A stretch of 64,000 nt of DNA from Candidatus Latescibacterota bacterium (GTDB lineage: Bacteria > Latescibacterota > UBA2968), in NCBI GenBank assembly GCA_965207885.1, contig OZ242311.1, forward strand, positions 1,856,001 to 1,920,000, written 5' to 3'. Below, one piece after another: positions 48,106 through 57,534 of this stretch. The translations under genes were made by a program, and so were the position numbers. The notes under the pieces were generated by a model, which saw only the letters and a list, made by a program, of their open reading frames with translations, had not been told where the DNA came from and did no database searches. The stretch's first letter is position 1. The number at the start of each line of letters is the position of its first letter.

Positions 48106-49498
48106 GAAACCGAATATTCTGCTCTTGATGACGGATCAACAGCGTGCAGATGCGATGGGCTGCACTGGTGGCTGGGTTGAAACGCCGAATATGGATCGGA
48201 TCGCAAATGAAGGCGTGAGGTTTTCTAATTGCGTTACGAATTCGCCTATCTGTGTACCTGCAAGGCTGAGCCTGGCTACGGGACACTACCCTCACAATAC
48301 GGGTGTGTGGAATCATCAGGACCATACCCTGGCGACCGACGCGAAAACGTGGACCCAGGTTGTCAGGTCCTGTGGGTATCGAACCAGCCTGTTCGGCAAG
48401 ACACACCTACATCCTACGTCAGGTGACTTGCGCAGCCGAGAGCACCTGCTGCACGCCTATGGGCTGGATGATGTGAATGAAATTGGGGGCCCACGGGCGT
48501 GCGCAAACTGCGTTTCTCATATGACTTCGATGTGGGAAAAAAAGGGTCTGTGGAAAAAGTACAAAGCGGACCTCGCTGAGCGTTCCAGAACCAAACGGTA
48601 CCTGGTGCGGCCCTCGGCAGTGGGGCTGGAGGACTATTACGATATATATGTAGGCCAGCAGGCCAAAGGCTATATAGAAAGCTATGTGCGCTCCGAGCCG
48701 TGGTTTTGCTGGGTGAGTTTTGGCGGACCACATATGCCTTATGACACACCTGAACCGTACGCGAGCAAGTACCACCCCGACGCCATGCCCAGTCCGGTTC
48801 CTTATCCCGGAGATGAGCGCAAGCGACCTCGGGGAACCCTGGATGATATCCTGGACAACAGGCCCACATTCGACCCTGGAGAAGAAAAGATACTACGAGC
48901 GGATTACGCCGGTAACGTGACTCTGATTGACGACCAAATCGGAGAGATCCTATTGGCGATCGAAGCACGTGGTGAGCTTGACGATACGGTGATTCTTCTG
49001 GTCTCTGATCACGGCGAAATGAACGGTGATTGTGGGATTCTGGCGAAAAGCAATTTTATGAATGGCGCCGTTCGCGTACCCCTGGTGATTCGGACCCCTG
49101 ACACCGTCGGTCGTTCGGCTGCTGGAAAGACATGCGCAAGCCATACGGAGTGGTTTGATGCGGGGCCGACACTAGCTGAACTAGCGGGAGGGGAAAACGA
49201 GTATCCCCAGTTTGCGAAATCCCTCTGCCCGATGCTTGCAGACCCCTCGATCGAACACCGGAGCGAAGCGATTTCGGAATATGGCGGAGATGTCATGCTG
49301 TTGAATCATGATTGGAAGATTGCACTCAACAAAGAAGGAGAGGCCTACCTGCTGTTTGACGTGAAGAACGACCCGAGTGAGGTGAATAACCTGGCCGGAA
49401 GAGCCGATATGGCTGACGTGGAGAATTCTCTGAAGCTGAGGATCCTGGAACGAATGATGGAGAGTCAAGTTTATACAGGGGCCAGGTTCGCGGGTTGA
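48101..49498 (+). CDS. Sulfatase
   Basis: PNILLLMTDQQR, CVPAR, GKTH, SDHGE. Confidence 0.92.
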   Translation: MAKPNILLLMTDQQRADAMGCTGGWVETPNMDRIANEGVRFSNCVTNSPICVPARLSLATGHYPHNTGVWNHQDHTLATDAKTWTQVVRSCGYRTSLFGKTHLHPTSGDLRSREHLLHAYGLDDVNEIGGPRACANCVSHMTSMWEKKGLWKKYKADLAERSRTKRYLVRPSAVGLEDYYDIYVGQQAKGYIESYVRSEPWFCWVSFGGPHMPYDTPEPYASKYHPDAMPSPVPYPGDERKRPRGTLDDILDNRPTFDPGEEKILRADYAGNVTLIDDQIGEILLAIEARGELDDTVILLVSDHGEMNGDCGILAKSNFMNGAVRVPLVIRTPDTVGRSAAGKTCASHTEWFDAGPTLAELAGGENEYPQFAKSLCPMLADPSIEHRSEAISEYGGDVMLLNHDWKIALNKEGEAYLLFDVKNDPSEVNNLAGRADMADVENSLKLRILERMMESQVYTGARFAG

Positions 49499-49544
49499 TT
49501 TTCAGGGATCACGGACCAAGGCGAAAACGAACTAATTCGTAAGA

Positions 49545-49769
49545 TCAAAATGATTCTTGGACAGGATCGCGCTTACCTTCTACAAGCGCGTCGTATTCCT
49601 CCAATTGCATACGGAGTTCATCACATTGGCTTCGCAATGCATCCTGATGAGCTTTCTGAAGTAGAGGGTGAATATTCTCATCTTTGTTTTGAGCCAACTC
49701 CGCCAAAGCGCCCTCAAACTTCCTCATCTGAGCCTTGGTGATCCGATATTGTCTCTCATTTTTGATCAT
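49545..49769 (-). pseudogene. N-terminal fragment of an XRE/HigA-like antitoxin lacking its HTH
   Basis: MIKNERQYRITK...SQ.DEL..QLEEYDAL is typically followed by an HTH domain; here the ORF stops shortly after. Confidence 0.55.
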
Positions 49770-49864
49770 ATCTGCCACCCTCTTAGTTCTATCGATAATC
49801 CCATAACACAACAATGCAGTTGTATTGAGGCGCAACCCATTTTTTTGGGGAAAATAACCTCAGG

Positions 49865-50683
49865 TTAATCTCCTTCAGAAAGTATCTCGGCAATTTTATC
49901 CAGATATGCTTTCAGGGACAAACCGTGACTTCTCGCCAGAATCCCCAGTGTATCCACCTTTGTCCGTCCTCCCTTTTCGATTCTGCGCACATGGCGTTCC
50001 GAAAGGCCTTGAATATCGGCTTGCTTAAGCCCGCACTGTTTTCGAAATGCGGCAACCGCCTCTCCGAACCGAATGTCATACATAAGCCTTTCCTGATCCT
50101 TTTTCTCCCGCCACTCATCATCTTTCAGGTAGCGAACAGCATCCAGGTCGATATGTACATCAGCCTCAGGCCAGTGAATATAACTGCCTTCGCTGGAGAG
50201 AGTAAATGAAGAACGCTGTTCTTCTGGAATACGCTTGAGTGCGGGCATTTCTTCAAAGCCAACTCTGAACAGGGTATGGTCACAGGCCACGACAAAAAGC
50301 TCATCATCAATAACCTGTGCAGTGGCAATCAGCTGATTCGGACATCCAAGACTCCAAGCCGTGAGCACGCGCTTTGGCACATCCTTATCCGAATGCACAA
50401 GAATGTTTCGGGTCATTCTCAGTTTTGCCGCATAAAGCATCTGCGGTAAAAACTGAGCATTGTCGTCTTCCCTGACAAAAAGAGTTCGAAGATGGTTTCG
50501 ATGATTGGCAGCACGCACAAATTCAGTGACAACAGGTAGATCGGGAACAGAAGTGAGCACAAAAATATCCCGAGATTTTATCCTTCCCAAGTCCGGCTTC
50601 CGAAAAACCCTGAAAGAACGCGGAATGATGTCATCGCTGAACGGGTCTTGAGCCCAGACAGTCATATCAGCAGTCTTTGACAT
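49865..50683 (-). CDS. DUF2442 + XRE-HTH protein with extra N-terminal domain
   Basis: 'F.LS.EGSYIHWPEADVHIDL' DUF2442-like; 'RKQCGLKQADI..LSERHVRRIEKG' HTH; AAGGAG before 50683. Confidence 0.75.
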   Translation of the reverse strand: MSKTADMTVWAQDPFSDDIIPRSFRVFRKPDLGRIKSRDIFVLTSVPDLPVVTEFVRAANHRNHLRTLFVREDDNAQFLPQMLYAAKLRMTRNILVHSDKDVPKRVLTAWSLGCPNQLIATAQVIDDELFVVACDHTLFRVGFEEMPALKRIPEEQRSSFTLSSEGSYIHWPEADVHIDLDAVRYLKDDEWREKKDQERLMYDIRFGEAVAAFRKQCGLKQADIQGLSERHVRRIEKGGRTKVDTLGILARSHGLSLKAYLDKIAEILSEGD

Positions 50684-50685
50684 GC

Positions 50686-50964
50686 TTAGCTCCTTGTATC
50701 TACTTTGACTTCCCACTCGGCATAAAGTGCGTCTCGATGTTGAAGCACCAGAGTCAAAAGCTCCCGACGCTCTTTGCCCGAAGGACCCAATCCGGTGGGA
50801 GGAAACTTCATATTGAAGACAAAATTGCTGCGTTTACATGCACGAAAAAAGACGCGGATCTCCCATTTGTCCGGTTTGCGGGCGTGAAAATGAGGGGGTT
50901 CGTGATCCGAGGAATTGAACCATAGATCCACACCTGCCATTTGAAAACAATCCAATTTGCCCAA
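50686..50964 (-). CDS. DUF4160 family protein
   Basis: 'F.S.DHEPPHFHA' motif and 'L..EWE' end; TTG start behind AGGAG. Confidence 0.78.
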   Translation of the reverse strand: MGKLDCFQMAGVDLWFNSSDHEPPHFHARKPDKWEIRVFFRACKRSNFVFNMKFPPTGLGPSGKERRELLTLVLQHRDALYAEWEVKVDTRS

Positions 50965-51182
50965 AAGGCCACTCCTTTTCCTGTACCAAAGAAGATACCC
51001 AATACCGGACAATATAACAATATTATAAATACAAAAAATGTCCGATTAGATCTGGTCGTGCGATTTAATCGGCCACAATAACATTCCAGCCAACACACTT
51101 AGTCAGAACAATATATAATCCCTTTGTCCCATACCTGTTCCACCTTTTTAAGCATATACCAAGCCTGTAGTTGTGGAAATTC

Positions 51183-51293
51183 GTCTTGCAGCCATCGGTT
51201 CACAAAGCTACATTTATTTAGATTTTTCAACCGTTCTATACGTTCGCTTGTTGTTCGGCTTGAATTGAAGATAACAGGAGCATCAAATATGGC
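51183..51293 (+). repeat. 111-bp promoter/leader/RBS module, copy 2
   Basis: Matches 47995-48105. Confidence 0.88.
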
Positions 51294-52101
51294 AGATAAT
51301 ATACCAATCGAACACCGGTTCCATTTTGACTTGAGCGGCTTTCTGATCCTTCGCAATATATTGACACCCGAAGAATGTGAAGCCACTCTGAATGTCCTAT
51401 CTGATTTAGAAAGCAGGATATACAAAGATGAATGGATGGCATCTGCACCCACTTTTGGCAGACCAAAACCACTACCAACCTGTGATAAGAGTCGAGAGTT
51501 TCAGGTCCGTTTGAATGGTCTCTTACGGCTTGATCCCGTTTTTGATCTGATGATCGCACATCCGAAAGTCGTACCTTATCTGAAGGCATTTATGGGTGAA
51601 CCACAACTCATCAACACCTGGTCGATTTCTAAATTCAAGGGAGCGCAACAGGGAGGGTGGCATCGCGGCGTGCCAACGACGGATTACAGTTATCGAAACG
51701 GCGATATTCGCTCTCGGATGCTCAATACCGTGTATTTTTTAACAGATAATGGACCCGACGACGGATGCGTGGTGGCTGTACCGGGTTCACACAAAAGCAA
51801 TTTTGATTTGAGCTGGCAGGCGTATCAGGGACTGGATCTTCCGGGTGCCGTCGCAGTAACGGGCAAGGCAGGCGATGTCTTACTCTTTTCCGAGACCGTC
51901 ATCCACAATGGACTGCCCAAGACCACAGAGCCAGTGCGATCCAATCTGTATTTCAACTACACACACGCACACTATAATGTGATGATGCGCGAGCCGCCAA
52001 ATGGATACCACAGATGTCTTCCGCCAAAGATCCGCGAACGGTTTAATGAAGCACAAAAAGAGATGACGCAGTGGATGGAATTGGCAAGATGGGATATGTA
52101 G
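51289..52101 (+). CDS. PhyH family dioxygenase
   Basis: FDLSGFLILRNILT, WHRG, FLTD, VPGSHK, IHNG. Confidence 0.87.
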   Translation: MADNIPIEHRFHFDLSGFLILRNILTPEECEATLNVLSDLESRIYKDEWMASAPTFGRPKPLPTCDKSREFQVRLNGLLRLDPVFDLMIAHPKVVPYLKAFMGEPQLINTWSISKFKGAQQGGWHRGVPTTDYSYRNGDIRSRMLNTVYFLTDNGPDDGCVVAVPGSHKSNFDLSWQAYQGLDLPGAVAVTGKAGDVLLFSETVIHNGLPKTTEPVRSNLYFNYTHAHYNVMMREPPNGYHRCLPPKIRERFNEAQKEMTQWMELARWDM

Positions 52102-52155
52102 CACTGCGTTGGATAACGCTGCATCATTGAGAGCCAAATGAGCGCGCGAGGAAGA

Positions 52156-52929
52156 TCAGTTCATTTCGAGAATGCCCAATCGATCTTCACGCAAATGATT
52201 TCTCAACTCGCGATAATATCGTTCGCGAACTTCTATGCTTTTCATGTTAGCATCAATGGTATATCCTGCGGGCTTAAACACAATAAACATCACCTTCCGA
52301 GGAAGCGTGTCAATATTGATAGATGCGCCGTGGACCAGGGCCGTCGTGCAAACCGTCATCTGTCCCGCCTTTGCAAGCAAAGGAACCGGATCTGCAAAAG
52401 GCAACTCGGGAAGTTCTCGAAATGGGACTGGATTCTGAATATAAGTCCCATGCTTTTCCACATCCTCTGCAATCAAACGGTGGCTGCCGGGTCGGTACAT
52501 GAGAGGTGCCCGTTTTTCCGTCACATCGCTCAACCAGAGCAGACAACTGCAAAGCATCTGTTTGGGTGTGGCATCCAGGTCTGACAGGCTATATTTAATA
52601 TCCACATGTTCGGAAAAACTGAATATTGCGCCGGGCTGTGGATAGGAAGTGACAACAAACGCATTAAAAAAATGCACGGCATCGGCCCCCAACGTCTTTT
52701 TCGCCACAGCTTCCAAAAACGGATCCTGGATCAGATCCAGCAATTCAGACTCGATAAAATACCGTTGCCCCACACGATACTGGGGAGGTTTCCCATCTTC
52801 CGGGCCTTCAAACGGCAGCATCCGATCAAAAACCCTCGAAATGCGATCCAGCCGCGCTTTACTAAAAGGCGTATCGATAGTTACCGCCCCGACCTCTTCA
52901 AATTGTGCAATTTCAGATTCGCCAATCAC
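52156..52929 (-). CDS. PhyH family dioxygenase
   Basis: EHVD, WLSDV, RPGSH, VHGA..N...PR; GTG start behind GGAGG. Confidence 0.82.
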   Translation of the reverse strand: MIGESEIAQFEEVGAVTIDTPFSKARLDRISRVFDRMLPFEGPEDGKPPQYRVGQRYFIESELLDLIQDPFLEAVAKKTLGADAVHFFNAFVVTSYPQPGAIFSFSEHVDIKYSLSDLDATPKQMLCSCLLWLSDVTEKRAPLMYRPGSHRLIAEDVEKHGTYIQNPVPFRELPELPFADPVPLLAKAGQMTVCTTALVHGASINIDTLPRKVMFIVFKPAGYTIDANMKSIEVRERYYRELRNHLREDRLGILEMN

Positions 52930-52949
52930 AGCATACCTCCTATATCCTT

Positions 52950-54179
52950 CTAAGCACCCAGCCACGCATCCTCAAACACCCGACATCCGACGCCCTCCTG
53001 CCCCATGGAACTGCAGGCATAGAGTGTGATGTACTGAGATTCATTGAGAGGACCAACGGTACTGTAAGAGAAAGTCTCTGGCTCAATGACCTTATGGTGC
53101 CATGTCTGACCTTCGTCGTCACTAAAATAGATCGCACCGCGCTGGCGCTCTGTGGCGTGCTGCCGCTCGGATTCGGGCAGACCGGAGCCATTGGGAATAG
53201 AAAAGAGCAGACGCCTCCCGCCCCGGGCAAGTGTGCCGTGGCAGAGCACCCCACTGATATCGACGAGAAAGGGCCGGGACCACGTCTTGCCACAATCCGT
53301 CGATGTATGGGCAATGCGCTGCACAGGACCGGGACGCACATCCGAGAATGGAACGTGGGCTTCAAGCATACCGCGCGAATTCAGCCTGCGAACGAGCAAC
53401 AATTCCTCACCGCGGTTAATCGACACAGCAGAGGCTTCGTTGGCAAGATAATCCGTGATAAAGCCATCCACGCGCCAGGTCTCACCCTGATCATCGCTAT
53501 AAATAACGGCAGAACCAGACTGAGGATGGTTGCGAAAATAATTGGTAACGGCCTCTCCTTCGGGCACCACAGTAACAGGTCCCCCCAGAACGTACCGCCC
53601 CCGATACGGGCCTTCAGAAATCGCGTGAACCTGCCCCACCGCATTGAACATAATCAGCGTACCATCGGAATACCGGTGATTCAGAGGCGACCGGTCCCCG
53701 AGCAACGTCTCCATAGTCCAGGTATCGCCATCGTCATCCGAATCAAACCGGCAAAGAACCATGGGCGTATCGCGCCCCACGGCATCGATATCGATACCGG
53801 ACTGCTCCTGCATCTCGCCGTAATCCTTGTCGTAAATATTCTCCGTACCCCGCAAATCAACCATAGACAGAACGGACACGCGCTCACGTCCATCTCGATC
53901 AGAGAGATACGCAGACACCGCGTAGTGGGTGATCCGACCCGAAACGGCCCTCGCTGGCGACCACGTCGCGCCCCAATCGCTACTTTTGCTCGTCAGAATC
54001 ACCTTCGGATCGTCGTCGCGGCCGCCGCGCAACCTGCCCTGACAAAAGGCGATCAACACGCCATCGCGCGTGACGACATACGACGGCTGAAACGTGCGAC
54101 ACACCACCTCACCGTGCACCTCAAAACCAGGCTCAAAAGCCAGCGTCCGTTCACTCAATCCATTTTCAAGTTGCCTCAT
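52950..54179 (-). CDS. Sialidase-like (BNR/Asp-box) protein
   Basis: Five Asp boxes: SSDWGATW, SDDDGDTW, SDDQGETW, STDCGKTW, SDDEGQTW. Confidence 0.85.
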   Translation of the reverse strand: MRQLENGLSERTLAFEPGFEVHGEVVCRTFQPSYVVTRDGVLIAFCQGRLRGGRDDDPKVILTSKSSDWGATWSPARAVSGRITHYAVSAYLSDRDGRERVSVLSMVDLRGTENIYDKDYGEMQEQSGIDIDAVGRDTPMVLCRFDSDDDGDTWTMETLLGDRSPLNHRYSDGTLIMFNAVGQVHAISEGPYRGRYVLGGPVTVVPEGEAVTNYFRNHPQSGSAVIYSDDQGETWRVDGFITDYLANEASAVSINRGEELLLVRRLNSRGMLEAHVPFSDVRPGPVQRIAHTSTDCGKTWSRPFLVDISGVLCHGTLARGGRRLLFSIPNGSGLPESERQHATERQRGAIYFSDDEGQTWHHKVIEPETFSYSTVGPLNESQYITLYACSSMGQEGVGCRVFEDAWLGA

Positions 54180-54209
54180 ACGGGCCTCCCATAAAAAATA
54201 GCCACCGGA

Positions 54210-56411
54210 TCACGCGATCCCCGCAAGCCAGTTCACAATAGAAGCGACCTCTTCCCCTTCGGACGCCTGTGTTTCGATCAAAAAACCCTTCTCCGCTTTC
54301 AGATTGGCATAGGTCTCAGAAGCCAGTGCGTAGTCGGCCTCAATTTTTGCGCTCTCGCAAACGTCAAGCCGTTCATCTACCGCATTGACAAGGGCCACGG
54401 GACGCGGTGCCAGAGCAGCGGATAGATGGGGCAAATCGTAGGCCGTCGTCACATTCGGCACCATATCGTAGAACCGGACGTGATAAACAGAACCTCGAAC
54501 CACATCCATATAAGAGGAAAGCCCGCGCCAGGTGCAGACAGCTATAACAGTATCGCTCAGAACCGCTGCGTGTAATGCCTGAATGCCACAGCCCCCCCGA
54601 CCTATGAGCACAACTTCCCGGCTGAGTCCGAGATGGGGCAGGGCGCGAATAGTCTGAAGCAAATCGAAAATACGCATCCCAATAAGCGTATGCCCGGTGT
54701 GTCTGGCACCGTACCCATATCCCATGCTCTCCACGCCCAGAAGCTGTGCGACAAAGCCGCCCCGCCGGTCCCGGTTGCTCCAATTCGTCGTCTGCGTCTC
54801 GCCATAACCCCGCAAATCTACCGCAACAGTCGGATGCCCTGCCTCGACCAGCAGATGGAACAGCCCACCTTCGCTGCAATTTGCAACCTTACCCCGATCA
54901 TCGGCCAGAATCACCGGCAACCGTTCTGGCACTGAGATCAGGCTCTGTCCAATGAGCATCGGCAGAAAAACCTCGGCTTCGCTCTCGATAATAGCCTGTC
55001 GGATCTGCATATTGCCGTGCATCTCAGACGCGACAACCTCGATGGACACATCCCCGTCGGGTCGTTTTATTCCCGTGCGATTCAGGACACACTCGACAAG
55101 CGTATCGCGAAACGCGCTCGCCTCGGCCACACTTTGCGCCGCCCGTTGCTTTGGCAGGGTCTCCTCTGCGCGACGAACGCAGAGATCAGTGACCCGATCC
55201 GAGTAATAACTCGTGAGGACCTGACCAGTTGGCGACACCTGAAGATCTTCATCGGAGAAAATTTCCAATTCGGGTTCACGCCAGTCCGCCTGGGGATCTC
55301 CCAGCCAGCGATTCATCCATTCCATCATCGGTTCCCGCATCTCCCGAAAATAGCCATGTTCCCGGATCGTCTCCACAAAATCCATCTTCTCGCCCTGACC
55401 AAGGGTCTCATAGACCCACCTAACTTTGTGAAAAGACATGCGCGTGTTCACAAAAACACCATCGCGCGTCTCTTTAATCAACCGATACGGCCGCGGATAC
55501 GCCAAACACATCATCGCCGCATGAGACAGGCCAGTGAGCATATCATTCGGCATGTTCTGCTCGGAATCGCCCCCGCCCCAGGTACCCACCGTCCCGACCG
55601 GAACCGCGACCTTGATGCGGGGTTCCAAAGGCGTGTACCAAAGCGTCACCGTGCCACCCCCCGAATTTCCGGTAATCCCGAGCCGCTCCGCATCGACCTC
55701 GGCGCGGCTTTCCAGATAATCCAGCATCCGGATCGCATCCCAGATACGGATAGCCATCAAATGGAGCCCGGTCAGAAGACAGATATTGCCGCATTTCATA
55801 TGTTCGGATGTGGGAGCCAGAGAAAGAGATGCCCCGGTTTTAGGATCTTCGAGATACTGGAGACGCTCACCTTGCCCAACCGGATCAAAACACAGAGCCA
55901 CATAGCCCCTCAAAGCCAGAAACTGCGCGGCACTCTGGTAAGTCTCCACAGCCTTGCCATTGGCCGTATGACCACAGGGAATCAGCACACCGGGCATTGG
56001 CGTCGGGCGATTTTTGGGCACAAACAGATTCGCAGTCACATAAAAATTGGGGCGGCTCTGACAGACGATTTTCTCAATCCTGAACTTCTCCCGTTCGATT
56101 ATACCCGTAATCTCCGGATTCAGCGGCGTTTTCTCTTCGGGCATAGGTCCCAGCGTCTCGCGATACGCTTTGAGCAACCGGGCGCGGAAGACTTCAAAAT
56201 CCTCCACAGTCTTGATCCCGGCCAGATCCACATCGTGCTGCCAGCCGTATTTGCTCTGAATGCGATCCAGATACTTATCGATCATAATGCCGGCATCGCA
56301 GTATTCCGGCATGCCGCTCAGGACACTGACGGCGAGATGATCCAGCGTGGGTTTCTCTGAAGCAGAATAGTCTTTTGAAGCCATTTTCATTCTCTGGTTT
56401 TTAGTGTCCAT
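54210..56411 (-). CDS. Double alpha/beta-hydrolase (acetylxylan esterase-like)
   Basis: PCGH..NGK, DPVGQGER, GNSGGG nucleophile elbow; second degenerate domain with DLRGYGE. Confidence 0.82.
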   Translation of the reverse strand: MDTKNQRMKMASKDYSASEKPTLDHLAVSVLSGMPEYCDAGIMIDKYLDRIQSKYGWQHDVDLAGIKTVEDFEVFRARLLKAYRETLGPMPEEKTPLNPEITGIIEREKFRIEKIVCQSRPNFYVTANLFVPKNRPTPMPGVLIPCGHTANGKAVETYQSAAQFLALRGYVALCFDPVGQGERLQYLEDPKTGASLSLAPTSEHMKCGNICLLTGLHLMAIRIWDAIRMLDYLESRAEVDAERLGITGNSGGGTVTLWYTPLEPRIKVAVPVGTVGTWGGGDSEQNMPNDMLTGLSHAAMMCLAYPRPYRLIKETRDGVFVNTRMSFHKVRWVYETLGQGEKMDFVETIREHGYFREMREPMMEWMNRWLGDPQADWREPELEIFSDEDLQVSPTGQVLTSYYSDRVTDLCVRRAEETLPKQRAAQSVAEASAFRDTLVECVLNRTGIKRPDGDVSIEVVASEMHGNMQIRQAIIESEAEVFLPMLIGQSLISVPERLPVILADDRGKVANCSEGGLFHLLVEAGHPTVAVDLRGYGETQTTNWSNRDRRGGFVAQLLGVESMGYGYGARHTGHTLIGMRIFDLLQTIRALPHLGLSREVVLIGRGGCGIQALHAAVLSDTVIAVCTWRGLSSYMDVVRGSVYHVRFYDMVPNVTTAYDLPHLSAALAPRPVALVNAVDERLDVCESAKIEADYALASETYANLKAEKGFLIETQASEGEEVASIVNWLAGIA

Positions 56412-56427
56412 CTCGACCTCATTGCAT

Positions 56428-57450
56428 TCAAACCGTGAAGAGGTATAGATCGTCGGTCGCCTGAGCACCGGCGAAAAAGACGGGCAGACCGTCACAGATC
56501 AAATCGGTCTTGCACACATCGTGGATCGTCGGGGCCCTGGGATATCCATCGCCAAAATCTCCGTAGGGAAACGCAAGCCTGTCGGTTTCGTGCAAAAGGT
56601 CGCCATCGATGTCAAAGCGGCGCACAATATTCCCGGATCCGACGATCAAGCACTCACGGTCCCGGTCGAGATAAAGTCCCGTGCAGGTCGCAGAACCAGT
56701 ACAGGGGTAATTGCCCAGGAACTCCGGGGCATCAGGATGCTCCACATTGAGAACTGTGACCGATGGATCCAGCAACCATTCCTTCCTGGGATCCTGGATC
56801 CTTGAAATACCAGTTGCTACATAGGCGCGCTTCCGGTACAGGATAATGCGGTTCGAAATGTTCATATACCACCTCGAAGGCTCACCTCCGTTGGCAAGCG
56901 TCCAGCCGCCTGGATCGGTGAAGCGTCCATCCTCAGCGTCCGGAAAAAGGCCAAGAGAGGTTTCTACCTTGCCATCTCCTCTGAATCCCGTCACGCCAAC
57001 CAGGGATCCTTCATGGCTTGCCCCATGGCAGCGGGCGAGCACATCTTCGCGCACGCCGATATCAGTCAGCTGGCCATCGTCCTCAACGCGTACAACTTTG
57101 ATGACGTTTCGCTTGCTGACGGCGAGCACCGTGTCGGCAGCCACTTCGAAATCGTTGACTTCTGGGGCAAATGCGCTGCAGTCGATGGGGACGAGATCCG
57201 CCTTCGAGAAGTGCATGCTTTCGATTCCGCGATCACTTCCCACCATCAGATATCCGTTGCAGAAGGCGACTGACTGGCAATCGGGGCGGTCCGGTAAGTC
57301 CGCAACCAGTTCAGGGCGTTCGATGTCACTCACATTCCAGAACGTGATGCGATTGCCGTATTTTGACGGTGCGGCCACCAAACCGTCTCCGAGATACGCC
57401 GCCGCATGCGGCCCACACCCCGGGTACCGCCAGTAGTTTTGTATGCGCAT
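56428..57450 (-). CDS. Hypothetical protein, likely beta-propeller
   Basis: LVIVD-like strands (WNVSDIERP, LNVEHPDAP); start 57450 or 57480. Confidence 0.6.
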   Translation of the reverse strand: MRIQNYWRYPGCGPHAAAYLGDGLVAAPSKYGNRITFWNVSDIERPELVADLPDRPDCQSVAFCNGYLMVGSDRGIESMHFSKADLVPIDCSAFAPEVNDFEVAADTVLAVSKRNVIKVVRVEDDGQLTDIGVREDVLARCHGASHEGSLVGVTGFRGDGKVETSLGLFPDAEDGRFTDPGGWTLANGGEPSRWYMNISNRIILYRKRAYVATGISRIQDPRKEWLLDPSVTVLNVEHPDAPEFLGNYPCTGSATCTGLYLDRDRECLIVGSGNIVRRFDIDGDLLHETDRLAFPYGDFGDGYPRAPTIHDVCKTDLICDGLPVFFAGAQATDDLYLFTV

Positions 57451-57534
57451 AGAACCCCCAGTAAAGCGCGATCGTCTCATCCAAACCTGCCACAGAAAAA
57501 GCGATCACAGTGAACGCGAAAGAAGACGCCAGCA

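Noticed and set aside
46156-52160. Classical tRNA-integrated prophage or ICE
   Set aside because: No integrase, phage genes or duplicated tRNA 3' end found by eye.
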